Source: a virus (taxonomy: Duplodnaviria; Caudoviricetes). From it: a stretch of DNA of 64,000 nucleotides. This document shows positions 27,630-40,300 of the stretch, piece by piece; within the stretch, counting starts at the first letter, position 1, and every line of letters begins with the position of its first letter. Under the pieces are notes generated by a model that saw only the letters and a list, made by a program, of their open reading frames with translations, ran no database searches and was not told the DNA's origin. The position numbers were made by a program, and so were the translations under genes. Where the stretch lies: IMG/VR virus record IMGVR_UViG_3300033145_002422. One strand, 5' to 3'.

Positions 27630-30600
27630 ATGCCATTTATTACACCTAATTATAAGTTAACAGCCTTTCAAAGAGGTGAACCATATTCAGCAAAAACAGA
27701 TCAATCAAGATTATTGATTATTGATAATCAATTGAAATGGTTATCTGATCTTTGTGGAGATGGAGTTGTTAATGGATGGGATATATCTAGTAGTGGCACA
27801 TCTAGAGAAATATCTGTTTCTGTTGGTGACGGATTTGGACTTATAGATGGGATAATAACAAGAACTTTTGGAGAGCTAACAACATCTTTAGAAGATAATT
27901 CTACCGTTTATCTTTTTATGCAGAAGAAAAAAGATTTTTTAGGAGGCGGTGGATCTTTTTCTAGTATATTCACATTGCCTTTTATAGATGTATTGGCACC
28001 AAATGTCCCAACTAATTTGGCAATGAAAGATTCAGATTATAATGTTGTAGAATTATTATGGGATGAAAATACTGAAAAAGATTTTTCTTATTATATCATA
28101 TATAGAGATGGAAATCAAATAGGGACATCAGAAGAGAATTCTTATATTGATAACAATATTAACGAACAAACAGCTTATATATATAATATTTCTTCCGTAG
28201 ATACTAGCGGGAATGAAAGTGCTCAATCTGTAGCTTTTGGTTTTACTACTTTAGCTAATTTGAATCCTCCATTAAATCCAGGATATCCATTTATTTTAGA
28301 AGGAGATAGTTATGTCCAGATTGCATGGGATGCTCCTGAAATAGGAAATATAAAAGAATATAATATTTCTGTTTATGATATTACGGATGCAGATTGTACT
28401 GCTGGTATTTCTAACTCTTTATCTTGGTTTTCTCTGCTTATAAGTCAATGGTATGCATTAACTGTAGACCAGTACGAATCTCTCATGGTTACGGAGGTTA
28501 GTTCTTCTATTATTTTTGTTGAAAAATATTCTACGACAGATACAAATATAATTATTAATAGTTTAGAAAATGGAAGAAAATATTTATTTATATTATATTC
28601 TTTAAGCGATAATGATATTTTTTCTACTGGGATATCAACTATAGCTGTACCTAAAAGAGTTCTAGGACCAGAAGAAGTTTTAAATTTAAATGTTTCTCAA
28701 AGTTCTGGAACAAATAATAGAGAAGTTCTGTTAGAAATTAATTGGACTCCAGGAGTAAATCCATATAAACCATTGGCAGAAAAATTTGTAATTACTATTA
28801 TAGAAAACGGAAGTGTGGTTTCAGATCCTATAACCATATATAACGGAACATCGGTTATTATAAAAGAATATCCATATGGTGGTTCAACAAGAGCAATACT
28901 TTCGGAGACATTTTATATTATAAAGGTACAGGGCATTGATGCAGATAATAATTATAATATTGGTATTGTAGATTCTGTAAAAACTTCTCGATTTTATTCT
29001 CCAGCATCTCCAACCAATATAAAATCGAAGATTACTAATGAGAAAAACTTGTTGTTTGTATGGCAAAATAGCATAGATGATTTTGAATATAATAATATTA
29101 TTGTTAAAAAAACAGATTTAACAACTGCTATTACTACAGATATTGTTATAAAAACAAATTATGGTAAAAAAAGATCATATATTATTATCGCTCCGATTAG
29201 TTTAAATACTACATATACAATATATTTACAATCAGTTGATAAATATGGAAATAAAAGTTCAACTATTTCATGGTATTATACCTCTGCTTTGCAAAATGAT
29301 TTGAATTTACCTATCCCTAAAAATCAGTATGGATTTAGTTCTGATGGTTCTGTATTATTAGTGTGGGAAGATCCAAGTCCAAGAACTGCTGAATATTATA
29401 AAATATGGAGAGCTAAATATTCTACAGATATAGTATCGAGTGGATTTTCTTTAATAGAGACAATACCTTCTGAATATCAGTTCTATATTGATTATTCTGC
29501 TTCTAACGGTGAAAAATATTATTATTTTGTAACTAAAATTGATATTTATGGGAAAGAATCGAATAATCCAGTAGATGATGATTATCATTATTATCCTATG
29601 TGTTATACGTATCCGCATACCAATGGAATAATTTCTAGTGTATCTGGGGTATATGCTGAAAATTCTGGTCTTCCAAATGATTTTGATGTTGTAATAGAAT
29701 GGACCATAGATAATGATTCTTTTGATGGATATGAGATTTATAGATCTAATATAAATAAGTATTCATGGGAAAAAATAGGGTATACAGATAAAAAAGTTGC
29801 ATCTTTTATAGATAGAGATGCTCTTACAGATGGAACTGGAAATTATTGTTATATGGTAAGGAAGTTTAAAAATGAAGCAAGATTAGTAAAAAGTTATTCA
29901 AATATTTTGCCAACTGCCTCTGTGTTATTGTGTAAAATTACAACATTATTTGGCAATGTTACTATAGAAGATATGAGAGATGATATATCTCAATTGGCGA
30001 GTGTTGTAGAAAACTATTTAGATTATCAGATAGATAATCATAAACATAATTTAGGTTCCGATGCTGATAGGAGGATAAACTTATCAAAAAATGTTATTAT
30101 AACTGACTGGGTAACAACGGATAATAAATTGTTTTTAACAACAAAAGATTTTTCAGGTGCAAATTCGTATATTGTAAAAATAGATGAAGAAATCCCATCT
30201 GTTTTTTATGAGATAAATGAGACATTTAAAACAATAATTTTTGCTGAAGAAGTAGAATCTACAAATATTTCTTTAGAATGTGTGGGATTATCAGAAACGG
30301 ATGGGGATATATCTAAGCCATCTATAAGTAACGTATTTAAAAATATTGTTGATAATATCAGTGCAACTCAGTCTCAAAGTGGCAAATTAAGAGATGCTCA
30401 AATACCAGTTATTAATCACGCTGGGAGAGTAGATGAAAAACTAATTCCTATACAGACTAGGATGACTACAGAAAATGGATACATATTCAAGATATATCAA
30501 AATGAAAATTCAGATGTGGCAGAATCTATAGGCCAGTCTATAACTTTTTATGATATCTCGTCAGTAGTAATAGATTCTTCTTGTTGGGAAGTTTTTACTA

Positions 30601-33449
30601 TTAATTTATGGTTTAATTTTACAGAAGAGGATTGGAATGATTTTGAAGATAGTTGTTCAAAATGTAAATATGTAATTGATTGTTCTGATCCTGCTGTTTC
30701 ATGTACATCAACATCTTGTATTTATAGGCTTGTTGCTGCAACTAGTAACGGTGTTATGATAAGTAATGATGTAGGAGAAACATGGGAAAATGTGTTAATA
30801 GTTAATGGAACTTCTCATACAATTTATCTTGCTCCTTTCTCTAATAGAGTATTTGCAATAACTAATGATGAAATATATGAAAGTGATAATGGAATGACAT
30901 GGGCAAAAACAGAAGGTTTAAATAATGTTGGGATGATAAGGGATATTGTAGAAGATAACTTATGGAATATATATATTAGTACAGATTTGGGTGTTTATAT
31001 ATTAAAACAATTAGATATAGGAGATTATTTAGTATGGAAACAATCATCAATTATAGATAAAGAGACATCTAATGTATATGCATTATTTCTTGATTCTTCT
31101 TTTCCATATGTATCAGATAGAGTTATAGCAAGTACAGAAATAGGATTTTTTGAAACAACAAATTATGGAGATACGTGGTCTTATATTTCTGATTTTGCAG
31201 AAAGAACTCCAGTATATCAATTTTTATCTCATAATGCTAATATTTTTTGCGTATCGAAAGGTTCTATATGGAGAAAATCTCCATCTAATTTATATTATAC
31301 TAATATAGGCAATTTTGATACTAACGATTCTATAAAGTTTTTAATATATAATGATAAAATATTTATATCCACAGATTATGGGTTGATTGCATCAATGGAT
31401 AATTATGATATAGATAATTCTTTATACATAGAGTTTGAAAAAATTCTTCCAATAATTAATTTTTCTTCTAAAGTAACTCCAGTCACTTCGTTAAACACTT
31501 TTGGAAATTTGATTCTTGTTGGTACTGACCAGATTTTATTTAAGGGAGAAAGCATTAATGAAATAGTAGAAGTATATTCAAGTACTACTGGGACTATACC
31601 CACAATTTATGTTGATGGAGAAGAGAAACAGTTAGGTTGTTTCTATGATATCAATAGCAATACATTATCTTTTATTGACAGGATAGATGATAATAGTATT
31701 GTTACTGTTGCAAATCAATATAATTTGTATAGATCATCATATGAAGGATGGATAGATCAATCTTATAGTTCTCCTTTTGAGTTAAAAAATAATGGAGTAG
31801 TTATCTTTTCTTTTAATGGAGCAGAAATAGAGGATATTATAGGATGTTTTAATACTGTAGCGTTTGAGTCATTTTCTGAAGCTAATTCCAATAGTGTAAA
31901 AGCTATAGAATATTCAAATAAGTTTGAAACAGATTTGTTAAGATTGATAGGAATTGACAATGGAACAGCATCTCTTGAAGATGGAGAAACAATTCAAAAT
32001 TTGGTTTCTGAAATTGTAGATAATTATAATAAAACGTATTCTCAGGTTTTGGGAAAAATAAGGTTTGCTTCGTTGGTTGATTTTAACGATCAGGTATATA
32101 CCATATTTAATTTTGAAAAAGTTCTAAGTAGCCTAACTAGTTCTTTATTATCTAAATATGAGCTGGTTTCTAACTTGCCAGCGATACAATTATCTGCAAC
32201 AACTGGAACTATGAATATATCAGATGGGGTAATTATATTTGGAAGCCCATTTAATAAATATGATATTTTAAGAATTACTATAGAAGGAACTTCTTTGAGC
32301 AATATTGGAAGCAATACCCACACAGAAATTGACGATCATATAGATGGTATCAATTCTGGGTTGAGTATGTCATTAGCCGATGTTCATCAAAGTAATATAT
32401 TAAAAATGGAAATGTTTTTTGATAGAGAAATAGAGGATTCTGCTACTGTTTCTAATAATGTATATAATACATATTATGTTTCTCCTATTTTGTCTTCTGA
32501 AATTGATACTCTAAATTCCACTGTAGGATATACCGTAGAGAATGAAAATTCAGAAATTGCTTTTACAGTAAAATATCCAACTGCTGTAGAATATCTAGTA
32601 AATGGAGGAGTGGTTGCAGTTGGTTACGATAAAGGAATCATATATGTAGATACCGTAAATTATTCATTATCTGCTGTCATTTTTAATGAATTTGGGGATG
32701 ATGAATTTGTTAGAGATTTATATTACGATAATGAGAATGAAAATTCATATTTATTAACAAATAGAAATCTTTATATTAGTAGTGACGGTGGAGTTTCTTG
32801 GAATAGGCAACAGAATGTAGGATTAGATACTCAATTGAGAAAAGTTACATTTATTAGAGATAATATTATTGTGGCTGCTGATGATGGAATATATTACAAG
32901 AGTCCTTTGAATTCTGATTGGAAGAAGAGCTTAAATATCGAGAATACAAGTATTCTTCTTCCATCTACTGTTTTGTATGTGGTTGCAAATAATACTCTTT
33001 ATTATGGATATGACGGTATATCTTGGAGTAATGGTGGAAGTTTTGGAGATACACAAATTAATGAGATGGTCCCATACAGATGCGATATAGCCATGGCTAC
33101 AAGCAGCGGTTATAGACGGGGTTCAGGAACCATGTTCGGGAATGTTGCTCAAGCTTCTATGGTTGATTTATTAAGCGATGTTTCACAATCTGAATCTTTG
33201 GAATTCAATGATCTTGATGCTGATAATCACAGCCCCGCATCGACATCTTCAGAATTAACGCTTGGAGCTAATGATGGAACGTATTGGATTATAAATGGAA
33301 ATTCTTACACTCAGTATACAGATTCAGAGTTAACCTGTATACATAAAGTTTTATATGTTGGTACTGATGCGTGGTTGTTTGGTTTTGATAATTTAAAGTT
33401 ACCAGGAGTCGTTGATCCGATAAAGTTAAGTATAGGAATGGCATTTTAA
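27630..33449 (+). CDS. Giant tail fibre-like protein with FN3 repeats and BNR beta-propellers
   Basis: APNVPTNL...W...YYIIYRDG...YNISSVDTSGNES FN3 repeats; Asp-boxes SNDVGETW, SDNGMTW, SSDGGVSW; N-domain paralogous to the 25998 ORF. Confidence 0.75.
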   Translation: MPFITPNYKLTAFQRGEPYSAKTDQSRLLIIDNQLKWLSDLCGDGVVNGWDISSSGTSREISVSVGDGFGLIDGIITRTFGELTTSLEDNSTVYLFMQKKKDFLGGGGSFSSIFTLPFIDVLAPNVPTNLAMKDSDYNVVELLWDENTEKDFSYYIIYRDGNQIGTSEENSYIDNNINEQTAYIYNISSVDTSGNESAQSVAFGFTTLANLNPPLNPGYPFILEGDSYVQIAWDAPEIGNIKEYNISVYDITDADCTAGISNSLSWFSLLISQWYALTVDQYESLMVTEVSSSIIFVEKYSTTDTNIIINSLENGRKYLFILYSLSDNDIFSTGISTIAVPKRVLGPEEVLNLNVSQSSGTNNREVLLEINWTPGVNPYKPLAEKFVITIIENGSVVSDPITIYNGTSVIIKEYPYGGSTRAILSETFYIIKVQGIDADNNYNIGIVDSVKTSRFYSPASPTNIKSKITNEKNLLFVWQNSIDDFEYNNIIVKKTDLTTAITTDIVIKTNYGKKRSYIIIAPISLNTTYTIYLQSVDKYGNKSSTISWYYTSALQNDLNLPIPKNQYGFSSDGSVLLVWEDPSPRTAEYYKIWRAKYSTDIVSSGFSLIETIPSEYQFYIDYSASNGEKYYYFVTKIDIYGKESNNPVDDDYHYYPMCYTYPHTNGIISSVSGVYAENSGLPNDFDVVIEWTIDNDSFDGYEIYRSNINKYSWEKIGYTDKKVASFIDRDALTDGTGNYCYMVRKFKNEARLVKSYSNILPTASVLLCKITTLFGNVTIEDMRDDISQLASVVENYLDYQIDNHKHNLGSDADRRINLSKNVIITDWVTTDNKLFLTTKDFSGANSYIVKIDEEIPSVFYEINETFKTIIFAEEVESTNISLECVGLSETDGDISKPSISNVFKNIVDNISATQSQSGKLRDAQIPVINHAGRVDEKLIPIQTRMTTENGYIFKIYQNENSDVAESIGQSITFYDISSVVIDSSCWEVFTINLWFNFTEEDWNDFEDSCSKCKYVIDCSDPAVSCTSTSCIYRLVAATSNGVMISNDVGETWENVLIVNGTSHTIYLAPFSNRVFAITNDEIYESDNGMTWAKTEGLNNVGMIRDIVEDNLWNIYISTDLGVYILKQLDIGDYLVWKQSSIIDKETSNVYALFLDSSFPYVSDRVIASTEIGFFETTNYGDTWSYISDFAERTPVYQFLSHNANIFCVSKGSIWRKSPSNLYYTNIGNFDTNDSIKFLIYNDKIFISTDYGLIASMDNYDIDNSLYIEFEKILPIINFSSKVTPVTSLNTFGNLILVGTDQILFKGESINEIVEVYSSTTGTIPTIYVDGEEKQLGCFYDINSNTLSFIDRIDDNSIVTVANQYNLYRSSYEGWIDQSYSSPFELKNNGVVIFSFNGAEIEDIIGCFNTVAFESFSEANSNSVKAIEYSNKFETDLLRLIGIDNGTASLEDGETIQNLVSEIVDNYNKTYSQVLGKIRFASLVDFNDQVYTIFNFEKVLSSLTSSLLSKYELVSNLPAIQLSATTGTMNISDGVIIFGSPFNKYDILRITIEGTSLSNIGSNTHTEIDDHIDGINSGLSMSLADVHQSNILKMEMFFDREIEDSATVSNNVYNTYYVSPILSSEIDTLNSTVGYTVENENSEIAFTVKYPTAVEYLVNGGVVAVGYDKGIIYVDTVNYSLSAVIFNEFGDDEFVRDLYYDNENENSYLLTNRNLYISSDGGVSWNRQQNVGLDTQLRKVTFIRDNIIVAADDGIYYKSPLNSDWKKSLNIENTSILLPSTVLYVVANNTLYYGYDGISWSNGGSFGDTQINEMVPYRCDIAMATSSGYRRGSGTMFGNVAQASMVDLLSDVSQSESLEFNDLDADNHSPASTSSELTLGANDGTYWIINGNSYTQYTDSELTCIHKVLYVGTDAWLFGFDNLKLPGVVDPIKLSIGMAF

Positions 33450-33450
33450 T

Positions 33451-34299
33451 ATGGGATATTTAAAAACAAAATTAGCGCAGGTTTTTCCGGTGTATAATAA
33501 TTTTACGCCTTCTAAGGCATCTGTTCATTTGAAAACTTCTCTTCATGCAAATGAAACGTTTTTTTCATATAAGGGAGTTGATATAGTAATTGATGCTACT
33601 AATTTTTCAGAATTAAGTCAGGGTGGTTATAAGATGATATTTGGAGATTCATATATAGAATATACAGGAAAAGGATATATGGAAGTTTCTAACATATCTA
33701 CAGGTACTTATTCTATTATAAGTTTTCCAGTAAAAGTAGATGTTACTGATACCTATTATTTTTATTTGAGAGTCAGAAATCCAGGCGTAGGATTAACCAT
33801 AGATGCATATTTAGATGGTGAAGTTTATTCTAGTCAAAATTATCCTGCTGTTGGTGCAGCATGGGATTGGGTCAGGGTGGATTTTGATCTGGACGCAGAC
33901 ACGGAATATAAAATAGGATTTAAATTGAAAGATTCTGGAGCAATGGTTGATAAAATTGTCATGACGAATACTATAGGAGTCCTTGTCGGTTCAGGACCGT
34001 CGTATTCTGAAAGTCCATATTTGACCATTCATATGAGATTATTTTCAGTAGATTCAGATACTTTGCCAAAAACTCAATATTTTGTTTATGATTATAAAAC
34101 AACAATATCAGAGGTTGTTCAAGATGGATGGTATAATTTTAATATAAGCTTTTTGCATGATGATGGAGTCCAGCCGTATACAGATTTGTGCGCTATCGTC
34201 TTATCTACTACTGGTTCCAGTAATACTAATTTTATGTTTTGGGATTTAACGGATTCTACGGAATATTCATTAGAACCCTCTTTATATTTTGAAGGGTAA
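33451..34299 (+). CDS. Virion protein with carbohydrate-binding-module-like beta sandwich
   Basis: YYFYLRVR...WDWVRV...GAMVDKIVMT CBM6/35-like pattern. Confidence 0.55.
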   Translation: MGYLKTKLAQVFPVYNNFTPSKASVHLKTSLHANETFFSYKGVDIVIDATNFSELSQGGYKMIFGDSYIEYTGKGYMEVSNISTGTYSIISFPVKVDVTDTYYFYLRVRNPGVGLTIDAYLDGEVYSSQNYPAVGAAWDWVRVDFDLDADTEYKIGFKLKDSGAMVDKIVMTNTIGVLVGSGPSYSESPYLTIHMRLFSVDSDTLPKTQYFVYDYKTTISEVVQDGWYNFNISFLHDDGVQPYTDLCAIVLSTTGSSNTNFMFWDLTDSTEYSLEPSLYFEG

Positions 34300-34304
34300 T
34301 AAAT

Positions 34305-37300
34305 ATGTGGAAAATAAATTATTTTAAAAAACATTCGTATTTAATATCAAGTGATAGTCAGTTAGCTAATGAATATACTGGTGGAGTAGTTGTCCCTCCA
34401 GGAGTTCAATCTTCAGTAGAAATTAACAATTTTTCTTCTAGTAATTCTGATTTGTATAATACTTCAATTATTAATGATGATAAAGGCGGTCATGATATAT
34501 CTCTTAGTCTTTCTGACAAGATAGTTAGTATCATTATAGATAAAAGCGGTAGTATGAGTTGGGCTGATATTGATAATTTTAGATATGAATTAGTGAGGAG
34601 ATTTGTACACAGGGTTGCTGCAACATACCCAGGCGATATAAGTTTTAATTTATTTAAGTTTTGTGGAAAACAAGTTGGAATGTTATTTTCAGCTTCGTTA
34701 GATAGTAATAATTTATTTGATCCTACTAGCGGTCTTCAAGATTGTTTTAATAAAGATATATTTTTTGATTATGCGAATAATTTATATGGAGTTAGAGTTG
34801 TAAGAAATGAAAATGGCTGGCCATCTAGCCCTATAGATGGAGAATTGGTTTTTGACGGGAATGCATCAAGTATTATAGATAGTGGTCTCACAGCGGATAA
34901 AATTTATTATTATACATTATTTACATTTGATGAAAACTATAATTTTAGCGATGGGATAAATATAAAAGCCGCTTCAAGAAATAAGATAATTCCAAAAGGT
35001 ATAAAGACATTTTCTTCTAGCGTCTTAAAAGGAACTGGAGTTGTTTTAGATGATTTTGTGGATGGTTCATGGCATTTTGATGAAGGGGAAGGAAACGTAA
35101 TTTATGACTTTACAAGTCGTGGTGACTTTAGTTTTGATGAAGCTAATGCTCCTATTTGGCTTAATAAAATAGATGTTCCAGTTGGCGTTTCTGGGTTAAG
35201 GATGAATGGGACGGAACGTGTTACGACGGGATTAACTAATAGTTTTGTTCTCAATAATAAGAAAACTATTATGATGTGGATTTATCCTTTTGAAACAGGA
35301 ACATCTAATAGGGTTTTGATAGCTAGGAGAAATGGATTAGCAGATCTTAATTATGTATTATATATTAATGTTAACAATGGTCTCTCTTTTTCAAATAATG
35401 TGCTTTCAACAGTTTCTTCTAATAATAATGTTATTAATGTAAATGAATGGAATTTTGTAACATGTACTGTTAATATTATAACTGGAGATGTAAATTTTTA
35501 CGTTAATAGAACAAACGTAGGAACTGCTGTATTGCCAAGTTTAGCTACGAATGTTGATCAGCTATATTTAGAAGTAGGTTATGATAGTTCTGGTATTTTA
35601 GAAGGATTTTTTGGACAAATAACAGAGTTAAGTATACACGATACAATTAGATCTCAGTCTTATATTTCTTCTTATTCTATACCTAGTATAAGAAGCGATG
35701 ATGATAATGGAGACAGACTGGTTGTATTGAAATACTCTGTTCCTAACAATCTAGTTTTATTACCAGATAGAATAAGTATTGTGAAAAAATATAATAATGC
35801 TCCTTATTATGAAGAAGATGGAGATATATTTTATGATGTTCCGGCTTCTGTAGGAAATTATTATACGACAGATCAGGATAATTTTGTTGTTGGTTCTACT
35901 GTAAATTACAGAATATTTTCATATAATTCAATTAATAATTATAGTTATATTGATGATTCTGAAAATTTGAATGTATTAATTGATGGAATGTCAGAAGAGG
36001 CAAGGCAACATGTTGAGGCAATATCTTCTTCGTTGCCATATCCATTGAACACATCTGTTCAAAGCGGAAATGCAAAAAATTATGTTAAATGGAGTATGAG
36101 TTCTTATGATTACAGAATAAAGAGAACAAGGATATATGTTTCAAATATTTCATATCCCATAGTTTCTGATAATAGTTTTGAAGATGGTATATCTGGTTCA
36201 GAATTAATATATGATGAGGATGATGTAACTGTAAATGGTTTTGTTCATAGAAATTTGGTTAATGGAAATGTTTATTATTATTCTATAGTTTCTGTTGATA
36301 AATATAATAGGGTATCTCAAGTTGCTAATGCTGCTGGAACTCCAGATGCTAATGTTTCTGATATAGGTATTCCTTTATTAGATTTGCCAAGTGCTAATTA
36401 TGAAATCATAGATAACGATTCTTTAAAAATAAGTTGGGAATATCCTCAAAATTATAATGTGATTAAGGGATATTTGGATGATGATGTAGTGTTGTTTGCA
36501 AAAATGATAGACCAATCCGGCAATACGGTGGAATATAATGATATCGAGGTTTCAGCGGATATCCATCCAGAATATGAACTGGATGAAAATATATCAGAAG
36601 ATATATTTATCGGAGAAACTTCTTTTACTCCTGAGGATATAAATTCATCTTATAATTTTACTATTTATGAAGAAGACGGTTTGGTTAAGGGATTCCTTAA
36701 TATCAAAAATCCTACTAGTAATAATATAGTATTTAAAAATATAAAAAAATTAATATTTACAATATATATAAAAATAGCTATTCCAAATAAATCTAGTTTG
36801 AAAGATTCAAATGGAAAATATACTGCTCATTTTTTTGAATATACTTCTAAACCAGTTATTGTTGAATTGGTTAATCCATTTTATGTAGAGATAAAAAATA
36901 GAGATCATAAGAAGGTAGAAGTAAAAACAAATGGAGTAGTTACTGCTTTAAATAACGGCATAGTTGCACAAAAGTATTTATATGATGGAACATATATAAG
37001 ATCATCAAATCAATTTGTAGTAAGAGTTAAAATGAGTTATAGAGAACAGATTTTACTAGGATTGAATAAGGTTTATGTTGTTGCTTATAACTCAAATAAA
37101 GATTTAAAAGATTTTAACTCTGTTCCGCAAAAAACAACAATAAATAATGATATCGTTTTGAAAAATAATGGAGTATATGAAGTTTTAAAAACTACTGAAG
37201 AAGTTTTAGATGATAACGGAAATTCAACTGATGTTTTTGAAGAGATATCTTATGTTGATATTAGTATATCTCCTCCGTTATTCGCACAAAATATTATTTT

Positions 37301-40300
37301 GTATATTAAAGCGGAAAATAATGGGTATTGTTTTGTTAAAAATATATTTATAGTTTTCGATGATATATTAAAGATAGAAATTAATCCAAAAGTTCCTTTT
37401 GCAAATGGTTTAGATACGATGGAACAAACAGCATTAGTCTACTTACTTGATCCGGATGATCCGTATAATAAATCAAAGAGATTGTATCCTCCGCAAACTA
37501 CGGTAGTTAAATGGGAAATTAATAAAATTGTAGGAGAAGTAGATAGGGCTTTATATTATTCTGGTTATAATCAGCCACCATTAACTAATGGTGTTTACAC
37601 ATATTTATTATCAGGAATATCTAATCAAGTTTATCTTGGTCCTATTTCTAATGCTATTTTATACGGATTTGATTCTTCTGGGAACGTTCAATATGAAACA
37701 CACGAATTAAAAGCTAGTGTATTTTATAATAATATTCAGGCTGTAGATACTCAAACAATTAGTATACTTCCGTTATCTATGAGTGGGCATACTTCTGTTA
37801 GATCGAATTTCTTAATGGAATTTGAAGATATTAAGAAAATATTCTGGGCAGATGGAAGAAATTATGCCAGAATGACGATTACTCATGATCCATCCACTTC
37901 TTCAACAAAGTACTCTTCTTGTTTTAGAAGCTGTATGACAGAATTAGATAAGACAATATATCCGTTGCAGAATGGTCAATTGGTAAGTATAAGAGCGAGC
38001 GATCAAGATACGGAAATTATTTATGGGGATGTTAGGGAATATGTTGACCCATATACTGGCGAATGGCTTTTGGATATAAAAAATGCTTATCTTGGAAACG
38101 GTCATATATATGCACCTTTGTCGGACGATACTATAACTTATATATATTTTAGAATAAATAAGTTATATGACGAACAAAGGTCTGTTGGCTTTGAAGTATC
38201 TGCAAATAATTGTTCTTGTCTAAATGGCCAGGAATTTATAAAATATGATAGTGAAATAACCATATATGGAGAAATAGTATCTCTAGTTGATGATGATGTA
38301 GTCTCTATGTCTGGTGGAGGAGGAATTAATGACGGAATCCTTCCAACAATTATTATACCAAGGGAACCTTTGAATGTTTCTGTAGTTGGTAAAAAATCTA
38401 ATGGTGTAGCAGTAGATTCGATTGTCGTAGATGGAAAAAATGAAAATGATATTATTTTAGATATATCTTTATCTAATGTTCCTGTTCCTAATGATACAAA
38501 AATATCTGTTTCTATTATCAATTATAATGAACAGTATGCTATTAAAACCACGGCAAGTGAATATTATACAGAAATTTCTACGGATGATGATGTTAATCCG
38601 AATGCGATAAGATCTTATGCTACAATGGTTTTGGAACCGCTACAACCGAATACGACAGTTGAAGGAGATATTGTCTTATCTGTTTCATATGATAGGACAG
38701 GAACAATAACTAGAAATAGAACTTTTTGTTTTTCTATATCTTATGATTCCGAAGATGCTCAAGAATTTTCTGGTAATCAGGCACCAACAATATTTAGTGG
38801 GGATGTAGAGAGGACACCTTTGGCAATTATAGATTGGGATGATTCGGTGGCTTCGATGACATACCCAAGAGGTCATTTGTGTGTTGAACCTGTAAATGAT
38901 ATTATCTATGCTATAGGAGGAGTAAATGCTTCTGAAATAACTAATGTTGTTGAATCATATAATCCAACAACAAATTCATGGACGGAGCAACATTCTATGC
39001 CTACTGCTAGAATGAATTCAATGTCAGTGGTTGTTGGTAATGATATATATATTATTGGCGGGATTGTATATGATCAATTGTCTAATTCGATGTCTATTAG
39101 CAGAAAATTGGAAAAATATGATACAGTCGGAAATCTTTGGGAAGAACTAGAAAATATGCCATTAATCACTTCTGGTTCGGAATCCCTTACTTATGGTATA
39201 GCTTATGGAGTGGCTAAATATATTAGCGGAAAAATATATGTACTTAGCGGAATTAGGGAAATTTCTTATGATGGACTTTCATCAATCTATAATAATAGAA
39301 TATTATCTTATGATGTAGCGGCAGATAGTTGGTCATATACAGATATTGTTGAAGATATGGAGTTTTATGAATATTATAGGATATCTCCAGAAGCTTTTAT
39401 TGATGGAAATGAAATTATTATTTTTGGAGGAATTTCACAGATAGATGGAATAGAGATGAAAAGATTAACAGATAGTTATTCTTATGATGTTTCCACTTCT
39501 TCTATGCAAGAATGCCATGGAAGATTTGATAATATACCGCAACTTAGGTATGGGTCATCGATTTCTACAATTGGTGTAAATCATTTTGTTATTGGTGGAA
39601 GTTCCAATTATACAAATAATTCAAGAACTGTTGAAAAAATTAATGATACTCTGGCAATCGTTAATCCTATTTATGCTGTTACAAAATTATCTAATTTGGG
39701 ATTTGGCAGAAACGGCTCAGGAACAGCTATTATTAATATAGATGGAAATGAATATTTATTTGTTGTTGGAGGAATTGTAAGTGGAAAGAGTCCTTATTTC
39801 TTGAGAATAAAAACGGAATCTTCTCCATCAACTATGATTTTGAATGGAAAACAATATGTAGAGGCGAAAATAACATTAGAAGATGATAATGGAGAAAATC
39901 CTTCTGGTAATATACCAATACTATTAAATGGTTATCTCCAATACTCTACTGCTTTATCTTCTCAACAACATATGATAGATAAAAATCTTTTAAAATATCC
40001 TGTTAAGTTTGATAATACTACTATACAATCTGCTGACGGAAGTGGGATAGCGATACTTATGCCACGTTCAGATGATTGGATGGATAAGATATCGGAAACA
40101 GGAATAATTAATGGAGAGGATGGAACGATAAGGTATAAGATTGCCGTACAATCTACTATTGATCCGAAGGAAACTTATCATGGAAGAACATTTATTAATG
40201 TATATGATGGAGTTCTGCAAAATATTACTTTACCTACTGTTTGTGTTTCGTTACATTCTAATTGCGTTATAGATGCGTTAAATGGTGTATTTTCGGACGA

